The notes under the pieces were generated by a model, which saw only the letters and a list, made by a program, of their open reading frames with translations, was not told the DNA's origin and made no database searches. A stretch of 61,712 nt of DNA, counting the filler, from Sphacelaria rigidula (lineage: Eukaryota), in NCBI GenBank assembly GCA_964200075.2. It is 7 parts of 7 records of this genome, joined end to end, with 100 filler letters (N's around TTAATTAATTAA, not from the genome) between each part and the next. Parts side by side here need not be neighbours in the genome. Positions count along the whole stretch, not along the records: positions 44,153 to 52,882 come from CAXNAA020010250.1; positions 52,983 to 61,712 come from CAXNAA020010251.1; 5 more parts are not named here. One strand, given 5' to 3'. The position numbers and the translations under genes were made by a program. The first letter of the stretch is position 1; every line of letters begins with the position of its first letter. Positions 50,101 to 61,712 of the stretch are shown piece after piece.

Positions 50101-52177
50101 AGGGAGGGGGGTAACAACGTAGCAAAATATGAAACCATGCCATTCATCTTCTACTCTAGCACCGTAGTTTCGAGCTTACAGACCGTCAATTTTCAATCCT
50201 TCGAGGGCCAGGTGGAGAAGGGGGCGCCCCCCGCTGGAGTCTCGGGTTTGCCTACGGCCGATCGGATTGGCGCCCGATGCGATTAGAGGACCATTGCCAT
50301 CCTTGCCAAACCAGAATTTCCCGCGAATTGCTCCGATACCGGACTACCCTCTTCGCTTTACACAGATAAACTTTACTGTTCTGTGCTGAACTGGGCAACA
50401 GCGATACTCTTGCATTATTGCACTATACTGTAGTTCCGTCATGTAACTCACCATCACAAGGAGTGTTACAGTTCCAGTACTTCAAGATTTCTTCGAGTTG
50501 ATCCCTCTGTCTGCACTTGAGCAGGGATAAATCGACTATATCAGCAACCGCACCGAGCGAAAAGAGCATCTCCACAAGTGTTTTTGCCTGGCGAGCGATG
50601 TAAAGTCGTGTGCGTTCCTGGCGGAGAAGCAAAAGTGACACACCAGGACACATATGAGAATGATGACTCCAGTACGCACGTGAATACAAGTGATCAACAC
50701 TTGAGTTCATGGCAGCTGCACGAGTTGTGACAGCATGGTAGCGGTAGCATCTGAGAATATTCGTCACTCGGTGTTGACTAACCAGGTGAAACTTGCTACG
50801 CTCACCAGGCGTGAAAAGTACAAGTCGTTATCTTGACGTCGCGAAGTGCCGTTGCATACCCAACGATGGCACACCCACTATCTCGCTGGGAGTACCTGCA
50901 CCAAGCAATTGCCGAACACCTCAAGGAGAAGATGAGCCCTTTGTCGGATAGGCAACTCCCAGTCTTGTGCAACTTGCAGAAGAAGCAAGTGGCGGGCCAG
51001 TATTTCGGGCTGACTCTCCCACACATAAAGCTGGCATTGTGCAGGATGGAAGGAATAGATAACGGATAGCGGATGATGAAGTATGCGCGCAAGTGTATGT
51101 TGCTATCCTATCTATTCTGGACGCCAGCCTACACCTTTCGGTATGTGTGGGTGCATCAACCGGGGTCACACAAGAGGAAGGTCAACACCAGCATGAGGAA
51201 TTTTGTTTTGTTTCAGTACCCCTCCGTTCTCCTGCGGTGCTCACTACCTTACTTGTTATCGCCTGAAGGGTCCGGCATTTCCTTTCCCTCGTCGACCGTG
51301 AAGTCAAATTTTGTGTACTCCCGACACTGTCACTCTCCACTGTCTGGTGGGCAGAATGTGTGAAAATTCCACACCTTGGACAATATATGCTCAATAGTTG
51401 CAATAGACAAGAAACGTACTGCATAAAGTATAGGTCTACTGCAACATTTGTCGGCCGGCAATAGTTACAATAGGCCTATACTTTATGCAGTACACTTCTC
51501 GTCTATTGCATCTATTGACCATAATATATTGTCTAGGGTGTGGAAAATTCCCAGATCGTTGTTCGACTTCACCGAGATTTGAACCCACGTCCTAACTGTC
51601 AGAAGGTTTCGAGGATCCTAACTGAGCCACCGGGGTGACCGGCATATAAAGAAATGCGTTTCAACGACGACAGCAGTGACGCGCCCAAATCTATGCTGCT
51701 GACCATATGGAGAGGTCAAGATCTCGCGTGTGTCTTCATCGCGTCAGTCAGTACTGTAGTACATGCTTTTATGCACATGTTGTGCTCACGTTGATATTAT
51801 GGTGTGGATGCCGCCGTCGTGAGCTGATGGTACGCAGGACATGTCCTATATCGCCTGGTTGGCAGACCAAGATGTTTGCCTGTTGAGAGTGCGTTAGGAC
51901 AGCAGTAGCGGAGGACACTGTATCAGTGGCGTCTGCTCAGTAACGAAGGAGCATATCACTCGACCACGGGCTGGTTTGTTGTGATCAGCTAATGTGAGAT
52001 AATCAATCAATCAATCAATCACTCGAATTCTGAAGTAGCCATCCGTCGATGGAGCGGCGTTGAGGCTCTGTCTTCACCGACCTCTCCTTTGATGGGAGAA
52101 TCTTCCAGAAGATCCTTCGCTGGAGCGTAACCCCACATGGCATGAGCGCCGAGACCCGCCTGCTGTCGAGAATCCAT
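44171..52177 (-). CDS. DNAAF3: Dynein axonemal assembly factor 3 (PF22/C19orf51 family), about 549 aa; exons 52177-52082, 51879-51790, 51030-50896, 50617-50452, 49061-48929, 48761-48630, 47145-47036, 46597-46497, 46294-46038, 45190-45118, 44841-44678, 44527-44436, 44271-44171
   Basis: 13 GT-AG exons splice in phase to 1650 nt without stops. Family motifs: GLGAHAMWGYAPAKDL, GDIGHVLRT, EILARHLLL, LEVFGN, DLSLLKCRQRDQLE, GARYDHRKNLVDWDY, WRLDGIAYE, PNRTM, RGFWLDVRVGPF. The last exon is the least certain. Confidence 0.92.
47233..47570 (+). mobile_element. SINE family B, intronic copy
   Basis: Head GGGGCCCTGGTGGTCTAATGG. The body is the reverse complement of 27262-27450. Confidence 0.65.
47805..48030 (-). 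mobile_element. SINE family B, diverged copy
   Basis: Minus-strand GTTCGAATTCC box and TCAACCCATCTCTCCCC body. Confidence 0.55.
48053..48326. repeat. 141-bp tandem duplication in a DNAAF3 intron
   Basis: Units start at 48053 and 48194 (AACGGTGACCRTGCCAGGAATCATCGA). Confidence 0.9.
51085..51643 (-). mobile_element. tRNA-headed SINE family A, interrupted by a palindromic MITE
   Basis: Reverse complement reads GCCGGTCACCCCGGTGGCTCAG...GGTTCAAATC. The body and tail match 31072-31455. Confidence 0.82.
51370..51542. mobile_element. 173-bp palindromic MITE with 8-bp TSD
   Basis: CACACC...GGTGTG with arms paired to the centre. TSD GAAAATTC (51362-51369 and 51543-51550). Confidence 0.88.
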
Positions 52178-52882
52178 ACGTACCGTTATATCTCGCACCT
52201 CAGGCGACGCCTTCACTTACTCACGATTGACCGCAGGCCGCCGGAAGATCTTGCTTCGTGAATCTTGCACTGGACTGTCGCAGTACAAGATTCCCGGCAG
52301 TAAACGCCTCCCAAATGAAAGACGGGGACGCGGGGATATCCATACTTTGACGCTCGAACACTCTCTGGCAGTGTTGCGCCAACGGAAGAAGAAAAGTTCA
52401 GAGCAGAATCCGACATATTTTCGCCCCAATACGCACGCACACACTGCACAACCCCAGATTCAGCAAGATGAGGTTGTTGTCTGTTGTCTACATGGCATGT
52501 GGTCAAAGTTTCAGCGCGGAAAAGCACTGACAGCGCTTGCGCAACCGTGCCTCCTGAAGTGAGCACCTGTACAGGCGATACCAAGAGGGGTACCGCGTAG
52601 AATGACATCATCCAGAGTGTTCCCAATACGGATCGATGTTCCTGTGTTTGTTTGCCGGGGCAGGAGCCACCCAGCAGGTCACGGTGTTGCAGTAAGTGCG
52701 TCTGCGTATCAACATATGAACATATGCATCGACTGGCGTCTCAAGTAGTCTGGGCGGCGGAGACGCTGTTTTGAGGGCATACCGACGGTATTGCCCAAAT
52801 TCTGCATTTAACAGCCGATTTTATATTTTGGGGTTCAAACAAAATATGGGGCTGAAGTGGCATATCTCTCTTGCACGGAAGA

Positions 52883-52982
52883 NNNNNNNNNNNNNNNNNN
52901 NNNNNNNNNNNNNNNNNNNNNNNNNNTTAATTAATTAANNNNNNNNNNNNNNNNNNNNNNNNNNNNNNNNNNNNNNNNNNNN
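52883..52982. other. Artificial contig linker
   Basis: N-run, TTAATTAATTAA, N-run. Confidence 0.98.
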
Positions 52983-54373
52983 GAAACGATTCATTCACTG
53001 ATTGACCACTTTTCGCTCTTAATCGTGTCATCTACTCTCAATCTCACGAAAACACTGTTACTTTTGCCTCGATTTCGGGGTGAAAAAAGACGTTCTTTTG
53101 GCCCAAAAATCGTGCTTTCGCACACACCCTTGAGGGGAACGGACGGCTAGAAACGCCCCGAAATAGTTTTAGACAGGTCGGGAGGGATGGGGTCTCCCAT
53201 ATGAAAGTCGTTTGTCATGAATTTTGGCCAGGGAAAGCACTGCTGTTGAGTTGAACCTCATTTTTTTTCAACTCCATTTTCGAGAATCCATTGTTCATAT
53301 AGTAGTAAAATTGTACCATCACCACGGGAATTTAGCCAAAGCGATGAACCACCGATGAGTCACCCAATGACCATCATTGTGCTGCACAAGTCAGGAGTTG
53401 ATACAATTACTGTCAAACCATGCTAATCCCAACTCCACGACAAGCTCGAAGTAATCATGGGCTGTACAAAATTGCCGTCCAAGGATTTATCCGCCATTGT
53501 CATTGAAGTTATCATTGTAGGAGAACCAACTAGTGCAAACTACTATCGCGGATCTGAACAGGTGGAAATAATGAATGTGGTATTCAACAAAAAGTGAATC
53601 CCCCATCCCCTGGAAAAAAACACGCGGAAAAATCAAGTGTTGGCCCTCTGCCGCTCACGCGTCCGTCTCACGCCCGGACGCCGGTAGTCACGCACGCCTT
53701 ACCCCTCAGGTACGTACCACATGATGGAACTATTAATGGTGGGAATAACATGATGGAACTGTACTTCTTCGTCGTGTGGTGAATTTCCTGAATATGCCGA
53801 CAGTAAATTTCTCTCAACGATGATCGGATTGATGGCCTGCTGTCCATGGTTTTGTGTGGAGACTAGAGCGGGTGATGCAAAAGGCCGCGCGGGGTAGCAT
53901 GGTAGCAGGTTGATCTACTTGAGGTTCCAAGGCATACAACATGAGATGGATGTCGGCCCCATATCGGCAGATCATGGGGTCGTATTGTCCACGTGAAGTA
54001 CTCTGCGTTTGGCCCTCGTTGTGCTGTATTGCACCGTGTTGTCTCTACTCTCTGCAAGTGCCCCTCAGCATCAGAGAAACAAATATGGGCTTGGGTTTGA
54101 ACATACCGACAGTAGATAGCACAAAAGTACGGTTCGGCACGGTGTGCTTGGCCTGTGCTCGCGCGATGCCCTTTTCTGCTGTTTTTTGTGAGCAAGCATC
54201 GCGGATAGTAGGCAGCACTTGGTATCATACAGCATAGTGCAGTCTCGTGTCGTGCTCACGTGCCCTGCACTGGTCTACTTCCTTGCTGCCCTAACCCAGC
54301 GTGTACATTTCCGCTTCACTGGGCTGTCCGTGCTTCTTCACTTGTACATAATAGGGGCTGTTCTGTAGTCAAG

Positions 54374-54506
54374 ATGGTGGAGGAGGCTTCAGACATCATG
54401 GCCGCGCGCGAGCGCATGATCGCGCGGCGGTTCGGCGGAGCGAATGCCACAAGGACGGGAGGTGTAAGGAGGAAAAAGAAGAACGTCCACAAGACGGCCA
54501 CATCCG
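54374..54506 (+). CDS. BTF3: NAC beta subunit / BTF3, first coding exon only
   Basis: MVEEASDIMAARERMIARRFGGANATRTGGVRRKKKNVHKTATS, then a phase-1 donor GTGGGT where the conserved DDK motif would follow. Confidence 0.85.
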
Positions 54507-56111
54507 GTGGGTTGATGTTGAGGGTGCTGAGAGAGGTTGTGGTGACTTAGGTTTGCCCGTGCTGTCGTTTCACTCCCCTCGAGCTCGCCTACCGATGTAA
54601 TTACCCGGTGTACTCGCACTGCCTGTAGTCACCGGCTGGTCTTCCGCGTGCTTCATGATCGATCGCGGTTTGCGGAAGGAGTAAAGTCACGTTTGCGCTG
54701 TTCGTGTTGCAGTCCTTTCTCCCCTCCATGGCTGTAAAGTCCATTCAGTGTTGCGCTGGATGTCGGTTGAGAATATCGGTGATCTGCTTGAATACGCAGC
54801 TCAAGATGGAAGGGGTTACGTCGAAGACATTCCCAAGTCGAGGTATCGGAATTAACCTACAGAACGGTGGATGCACGGAAGCTCATTTAGACGAAGCTTG
54901 ACGCGAAACTGAGCAACGGCTCAAACGGTACTGACTGTGCCGTACACAAGAAGTGTAATACCCAGTAAGCGCAATGAAGTGTACCCGTTACCCGCGATGC
55001 AATGGACCTGTACCTGACTAGTATACAAGGACTTTCTCCGGTGTTCGAACTGCCAGGGCATCATCAGTTGTGATCCAGGATTTGGCGTAGATTGCGGGTA
55101 TCGTATTTTTTCTCACTTATTGTCCCTATGAATAATGTGTGTTGTGTGCGTCCCCACCACTTCGACTTCAAACCAACAGATCGCATAGAAACGCAAGTCC
55201 GATTTGGAGAGGAAACAAGCAAAGATGTGTCAACGGAACATGTTTTGAAAAGGATCTCGCAATACCACCCCCCCCCAAAAAAAAAAAAAGGGGGGAAGAA
55301 AGTTGGATGCGAATTCCGTGTGTGCAAAATCCTTCAAGGTCACGTCCGGATTCTTGCCACAAAAAATGATTTTCAAGAGTAATGAGTTGACGTTCTCACC
55401 CAATTTCTTGCTTCCGGCGCCCGGTTGCTCACCAAAACTCTACGTCAACCATGGTTCATACATGTTTTCATTACTCACCGAAGAGGCCAGCCCTTGGCCG
55501 GATTTAGGGTTGCCACTGAGCCATTAATGTCTACGTTCCCCATTTCTTCAAACAAAATGCGTCATGGACGTTCTTTGTCAATTCTTGGAAGGGTAGCTAC
55601 CATTGCAAGGAACTGAAAATAGTCAACGGGCAGGCCGACAAGAACATATGCGCGGCCATGGCTGTGTTCTAGCGCTCAAGTATGAGCTGGGCTAGCTGGC
55701 AGTGATTTGCGAATGTACCCGGGCCGGGCGGTGGATAATCCGAAGCATCGGGCGCTGAGATTCTGACGATATTTTCATCATCGCTACGCACAAGCCATGC
55801 AATAAAAAACAGCAAAGCGATCCAAAGTTTCTGTCGGAACTAGATGAGTGTCAAAACTCCGTACAAGTAAAAAAATACGCGGGCATCCCTAGTGTAGTTG
55901 TGCGTCCTTCTGTGGAGTAGATCCTGGTGCCATTTCGGCCAAAAATTCCAGAAATTTGGCGCAGTATCCAACCTTCCGTGTGGCACGGCTGCGCTCGTTC
56001 AATCCAAGTGATGCAGTTGACTTCAGTTACGGAGATCACGAGTCCGAATCCTGACGGATTCCTTTTTTTTATTCCGTCAGTTAGATACTAATTTTTGCAG
56101 TACCTTTTTTT

Positions 56112-56672
56112 TTATCCAGCGGCGGTCCCGTGCGTCACCGCGTTGGTCGGCATTCTCGAGTCGGGCTGATTCGGTGAACTGAAGAAGTCATGGTGTGACA
56201 TGCAAATGCGGGATTTACTGCTGACCAGCTCGTAGTACGGCTCGAAACATGAAGGAAGCATGCTTGTAGCACTACACCTGCGGCGTGCGACCTCTTGTGC
56301 CCGCGACGAAATATCAGCTACCCCGAAGTGTGGCTCCTGGCCAACTTCTAACGGTGTTTTTTTGCCAAATATACTCGGTTTAATTAAGAATCTCGCGAGG
56401 GTTGGTGTTTCTCGTCCCCTACAGGCTGGTCCAGGCTCATCATCCAAAAAACACTTATCGGCAAAACCTCCCTCCGTTTCAAGGAGATCGACCCCAAAAT
56501 TTTGCACAGCTGTTCTATGGGGTACCACAGGCTGGGCCAGCCGACAGTGATTTCCGAGTGTATTTTGACGATGCTGTGAGTAGTTTGAGGAGGTGGTTGC
56601 TATAATTTTGGCACATTTCCCGAGTTGCATCGGAAAAACAAGAACAAAAAGAGGAGGTTGGAGCGATGTCAA
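56112..56672 (-). mobile_element. Possible decayed hAT transposase C-terminal remnant
   Basis: PLEV...ISSRAQEVARRRCSATS loosely resembles the hAT dimerisation domain. Weak. Confidence 0.3.
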
Positions 56673-56820
56673 GTTTCTGCAAAAACTAAAAAAATGCTGT
56701 AACTCAAAGAAAAAAAAGGATGCACCTCCAGAAATGTTGTGCGTAGTGATGAAAATGTTGCGTCAAAATTCCAGCACCCAACTCCACGAATTACCCACAG
56801 CATCCGATTTTTCGTCTGGC

Positions 56821-56890
56821 ACCGGGTGGTCAAACTGGTGAGAACCGCCCCTCCTTACAAAGGTCACGGGTTCGAATCCCGACACGACCA
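56821..56890 (+). mobile_element. tRNA-like SINE head
   Basis: GGTGGTCAAACTGG...GGTTCGAATCCCG, with no canonical anticodon arm. Confidence 0.55.
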
Positions 56891-58927
56891 TTTTTGTTTG
56901 CGCATAATCTGGCATATAGCCTGCATCCGGGGGGTGTATAGCGCGGTTTGCGGTAGGACTTCAACCTTCAAATGACCGTCGGCTGTGAGGTTCTCTCCCA
57001 CGACGGAGCTGCTGGCAACCTTGATGCCTTCTGGCAGCACTACTCCCACCAGCGTGCTTTTGCCTGCTCATGTTGAGTCAAGGCGTGCCTGTGCGGCGCA
57101 ATCGCCTACCGTAATTCCACCGCATTTCGTAAAGCGAAACGTCACCAGACACGCTATCACACAACGACACGAGACGTTCCCCGTACTCAATGCAGCACAA
57201 AAAACATCATCGCCAAAACTTTGCCAATCGAGCAACGGCCGTGCCGTGCCGTGCATTACCAGGTTGTTCCGCAGTTCACAGCGAAATGCACGAGTCGAGC
57301 TGATTTATCGACTAAGAATGCAAATGCGGGATGTACTGCTGGCCCAGCTCTTACCCAACTCTCGAAGGTCGATGTTTTTCGACTTTTTGACTTTGCTCAC
57401 CGTTTTCCCCAGTTTTTCCCGGGAAACATCGATCTAATCGGACCCGTGTAAAACGATAAAAAAACAAAACTAGAAGAACCTCGTTCATTCAAAGTTGCAA
57501 TATGACCCTAAGAACAGTTGTGCAACGTTTCAGGATCTCAGGCCACTTCTTATAGACTAAGAAGAGCCATTTTGGACGATTTTTCTCAGAGACTTCCTCC
57601 AGAGGAATCAGTCCTAGAGCCCCACCTCATAGTCTACAAAAAAATGCTGGGGGTTTGTACATCCGAGGCTATCATCTAGCCTGCGTGCAGACGCTGGTAG
57701 TGGTCATCATTTACATTTTGTGCTTGTGCCACCTGTGGTAAACCGACACGTACATAATCCTGCCAAGATACAGCATGGATGGGATGGGATGGCAACACAC
57801 ACACGCGCGCGCGCGCACACCCATACGCACATGTACAGTAGCCACTGGTATAATAGGGATCGAAATGATGGGCGCATCAACCCCATACCATGGACAAAAG
57901 AATACAAGGTCGAAAAATGTACTGCGTACAGTATAGAATCAATGGTCAATTACAATGGACAACATATTCCACACTGTACGCAGTATATTTTTCGATCGTG
58001 TATTCTAATATCCAGGGTACGATTTACCCTCATTTAGCCGATCGCCGCTTGGTACAATGGTCGTGTCGCGAGCGGCGCAATGTGTGCAGCAGACGGTTAG
58101 GCATTAGCTCCGTAAGCGCGCTCAAGGTTTAGCTTCATTTGGAGTTCCCGGGCTTGAATAAGCCTTTTTATCGAAAAGCTTGAAGAGAGCTTGAAATTTT
58201 TGAAATGCTAATAATGTGTCTGAAACACGCATGAAATTGCGATATTTCGTTACGCGCCTCCTGCAGCCAGTGTATCAGCTGCTTGAAAGTGTTCCCTACG
58301 ACTCATGGCGTCATTCGTCACCGAAATGGCTTTAATATTCAATACAGTACTATAAACTGCCATGGTTGCGGGTGCGGGTCTGATCCGGAAAACGTTCCTG
58401 TATGTGTTCTATTACATATACATGATACTACGTTAAATTGAAAAGTGTAGTGTAAATTTTGTACAAAAGTTGGACCATGGGGTTCATTGTACATTGTACA
58501 GCGTACAACCTACATCGTTTAGGAGGAGTAATCATTGGAGGCAGCAGAAAACGGTCTCGTGACGAAGTGATTTCAAATGTCGACTGATTGCAGATGATGG
58601 AGGGGGCGGGGGCGATAGCTTGTAGCTTGAAGCTAGATGGGGAGAGGCTAAAGGCTGCAATGACCCACTGCTGCATCATGTATCATGAGTGTACGTAGTG
58701 CGGACACGTTTCGATAGATGATTTGGGGTGGCGTTCAAATTGAATGATCGGAGAAAAGTCCTATTTTTCAAAAACATTTTTTTGAACTTCGAATACCCAA
58801 ATTGTAGTCTCCTCGTGCTGGGAAGCGCGCCTCGTGAGGGGATACTGCCACAACGAGAATGCGAAGGGGGCGCATAAAGTACGCATACTTTCGCTGGAAA
58901 AAGCTTACAGTGGGGCATGAAATAAGA

Positions 58928-59009
58928 GGGGGGAGGGGGAGTACTCATTCATTGTTTGCCTTCTTAGTCGTTTGGCCATTGACCACGCATCCCTTTCGAG
59001 ACGGAGCAC
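58928..59009 (-). mobile_element. C-tailed LINE 3' fragment
   Basis: G-run followed by GTACTCATT...CATCCCTTTCGAGACGGAGCAC. Confidence 0.85.
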
Positions 59010-61712
59010 AAGGGCGAGAGCTTATATACATGAAGAAAAATAAGCTTAGTTTTTTTTTACGGGCTTACGGAGCTATAGTAGTCAGCGTCAGAAGTTTTCA
59101 GAATTCGTAGTCGTCCTTTTTCCTGAGTTTTTCTGGAGTGTCGTTCATCACTACTACTTGAAAATGCTAGCCCTGGTGGATTTAGGGAGAACGCGCAGGC
59201 CGCGCTCGAACTGCAATGTTCGCGTTGGTGTTTTTGGGGGCGATACGGATTTGATACCCCGTTTATCTGGAGGGTGTTATTGACCGTTTTTGGTCCGGTA
59301 CAAGCAATTTTCCCCCTCTTCAGCGACGGAACGGTAAATATTCAGATGAATTAATACGTTCAATTTTTTTTCACAATAACGATCGAGATCATGTTTCCTT
59401 CCTATACTGCACAGACCCCAGTCTAGCATTTTCTGTGGATGGCCTATTTCCGGTGGTTTTCCGCATTACATTTTCCATGAGCACTCGGAAGTGCTAGCGT
59501 CGATAGTTTTGACAAAATAAGCAAACCGTGCTCAAATCACAGTTGGTGTTGTGGGGGCGATACCGGGTAAAGACCCCGTTCACCAGTAGGGTGTTATTGA
59601 CCGTAAATGGTCCAAGAAATATAGTTTTCCTGCTTTAGCGCAGTGACAAAGGCAGAATTTCAAAAAACCAATCCTTTTTGAGTCTTCGCTCATTTAATTC
59701 GGATCTAGGCGGTCCACCGAAACCATCGAAAAGCTAAAGCCTGGGGTTGTATTTTCGCAGGACCTCCGAAGATCGGTCAAGCCTGTAAGTCACTCATGAT
59801 TGCTCGCAGATGATTTTCCATTCAATATTTGTCAAGAGGATTAAAATATCTCCGGATGCGCATTTTTTAAAAGTCACCGTGATGAGCGTTGGTGAGCAAA
59901 ACAAATTTGGACAATATTTGAGAAACCAAGAAATCACGGATTCTGCATACTTCTGACGCTGACTACTGTAATGCCTACAGACGGTTTGTGCCATACCACA
60001 CACACAAGAAAATTCACGTGACAGTAGTGCGGTAGCAACCATCTGAGTACGCAGAATACAACAGAGTCCGCAATCGTTGGCAGGCACAACAAGCATGAAA
60101 CGATACGAGCAGTCAACGCAGCCAGCAGGGGCGACATCGTCCTATTTAACTGTAGTAACGCTGCCGGCAAAAAACAGTGCACTGTCTGTACTGTCTGTCC
60201 CTGTTCCTACGGTCATGAAGAGGATGCACGGAGTGCAGCAGCAGCTATGCTGTTGGCACTGTACTGTATATACAACATGGACAACTGCTTTTGCACTGAC
60301 TGCACTGAGCATATATACGAGGAGTGTGTGATGGAGCACTGACTGTACCATTGTGGGTGCGTTGTGCGAGGAATGTGCGATGGAACGACGATTCGCAGAT
60401 TGATCAAAGTCTCTGCGAGTCGATGGCTTTTCGCAGAAACACTTCGCAAAATCCCGCTGTCTGCAAATCGTGGCCAATTTCCACAGGCTTTTTAATGAAA
60501 AATGGCCCTACAAGGTCGCGTTCTGAAAAATGTCTCTGGACAGAGACCAAAATGACTTTTCTCGGAGACTTTTTTCAGTCTATGAGAAGCGGCCTCATTC
60601 CTCAAAACGGCGTGAGGTGTTTCGATTTGGTGCGATGAACTTCGACGTGACGTGGTAAAACCGAAAACTACTTGATTTTAACACCAGAATGGCGTTCGTG
60701 CGCCTTTTTTCACGTGAACATGAAAATTCAAGCACCAGATAATCGAGTTTTGCAAAGGATTTTTGTGGAGCCATTCCTTGGGTTATGTGGCGACAGCTCG
60801 TTCACGAAAAGATGACAGCCAAATATCGTGGTGTTGGTTTCTGTACCGCCTTCCGGGGGTCCTCACACAAGGACCCCCGGAAGGCGGTAAGAGACGGAAA
60901 AACCATGAAATATTGTCGGGAATACAATTTTTCCATTCGGAGTACCAATACCTACGGAACTGCCAAGTTTGAGGGCGATCTGAGCTTTTTCACAACAGAT
61001 GTAGGGGACACCGTCACGAGGCTCCTTGGGTCTTTCGTGCGTATCATAAGTGCGAATTAGTCAACACCCGACATCACTGAAACATCACGGTTTCGGGTAT
61101 AATTCAGTCGTAGTAACCGTTTTCAACTATGTTTTTACCTTGGATTCTCGAGCAAGCGGCAGTACATTGAAGAAACTCATGGACTTGCGGAATGCCCAAA
61201 TAAATAATCCCCGTATGGCGCAACGTAGGGTCCTGTTGTCCTTGTGCCGTACTCGGTCAAGTTACCATCCGTTCCAGCCATAATTTTTTTTGTGGACCTG
61301 GGTCTACTCGAAACAAGAAACAGACAGACTCGGCTCACGAATCGTTGTTTGGAAAACTGAAATCAATCACGACCTGAACTATGCAAAACACATCAGCAAC
61401 TGCTGGAAAAATTGATTTAGTCTGGAAGAAACATGCCTGCTTGAAGGGGGGCTTGACGTGGGACAAGGTGAGGAACCTGAAAGGAGACAAATGCCGCGCC
61501 AATCGAAAATCGAGTTGAGTTTCTAACCCTTTTAGGACCGGACCCCCACTAACACAGGGTTGATCCTGTGTCAGTGGAATAACAAAAAATAAGTCCTTCA
61601 GTGACCTACCCAATCACAGTGAGGCGAAATTCATTGACCAGACCCGAATGACCAGCGCGGGGATTGTGGTCGGGTGTGATGCTACTGCAAAGATCGTGTG
61701 GGGGCCCTATCC

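Noticed and set aside
44153-52650. Decayed viral or transposase region
   Set aside because: The fragments splice into an intact DNAAF3 gene.
52213-52710. Gene divergent from DNAAF3
   Set aside because: There are some splice-like sites (AG at 52457, GTGAGC at 52559), but no recognisable product or consistent model.

Overview
Eukaryotic nuclear DNA, most likely a brown alga (Phaeophyceae, inferred from intron style, gene content and repeat families). The window is not one locus. It is seven unrelated contigs of 8730-8731 bp joined by artificial N44-TTAATTAATTAA-N44 linkers, so nothing can be inferred from adjacency across a linker. By splicing exons by hand I recover: a complete 13-exon DNAAF3 (axonemal dynein assembly factor) gene; a complete 5-exon secreted two-repeat cysteine-containing protein; the C-terminal six exons of a Ser/Thr kinase with a duplicated exon upstream; exon 1 of BTF3/NAC-beta; a signal-peptide first exon; and a tentative PAM2 + CCCH-like gene. 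The rest is mobile DNA: a Copia element with both LTRs nested in a Gypsy element, APE-type LINE fragments, tRNA-headed SINEs, several MITE families and long foldback palindromes. The most unusual signal is a LINE family that ends in a poly(C) tail and whose target-site duplications begin with CCC(C), a C/G mirror image of L1 poly(A) priming. It is seen in 8 copies, including a 14-nt insertion with a perfect 16-bp TSD. Also notable are a MITE family carrying TTAGGG-type repeats clustered in one gene, and a 1.37-kb intronic foldback with the same termini. No searches were run, so novelty claims are hypotheses.
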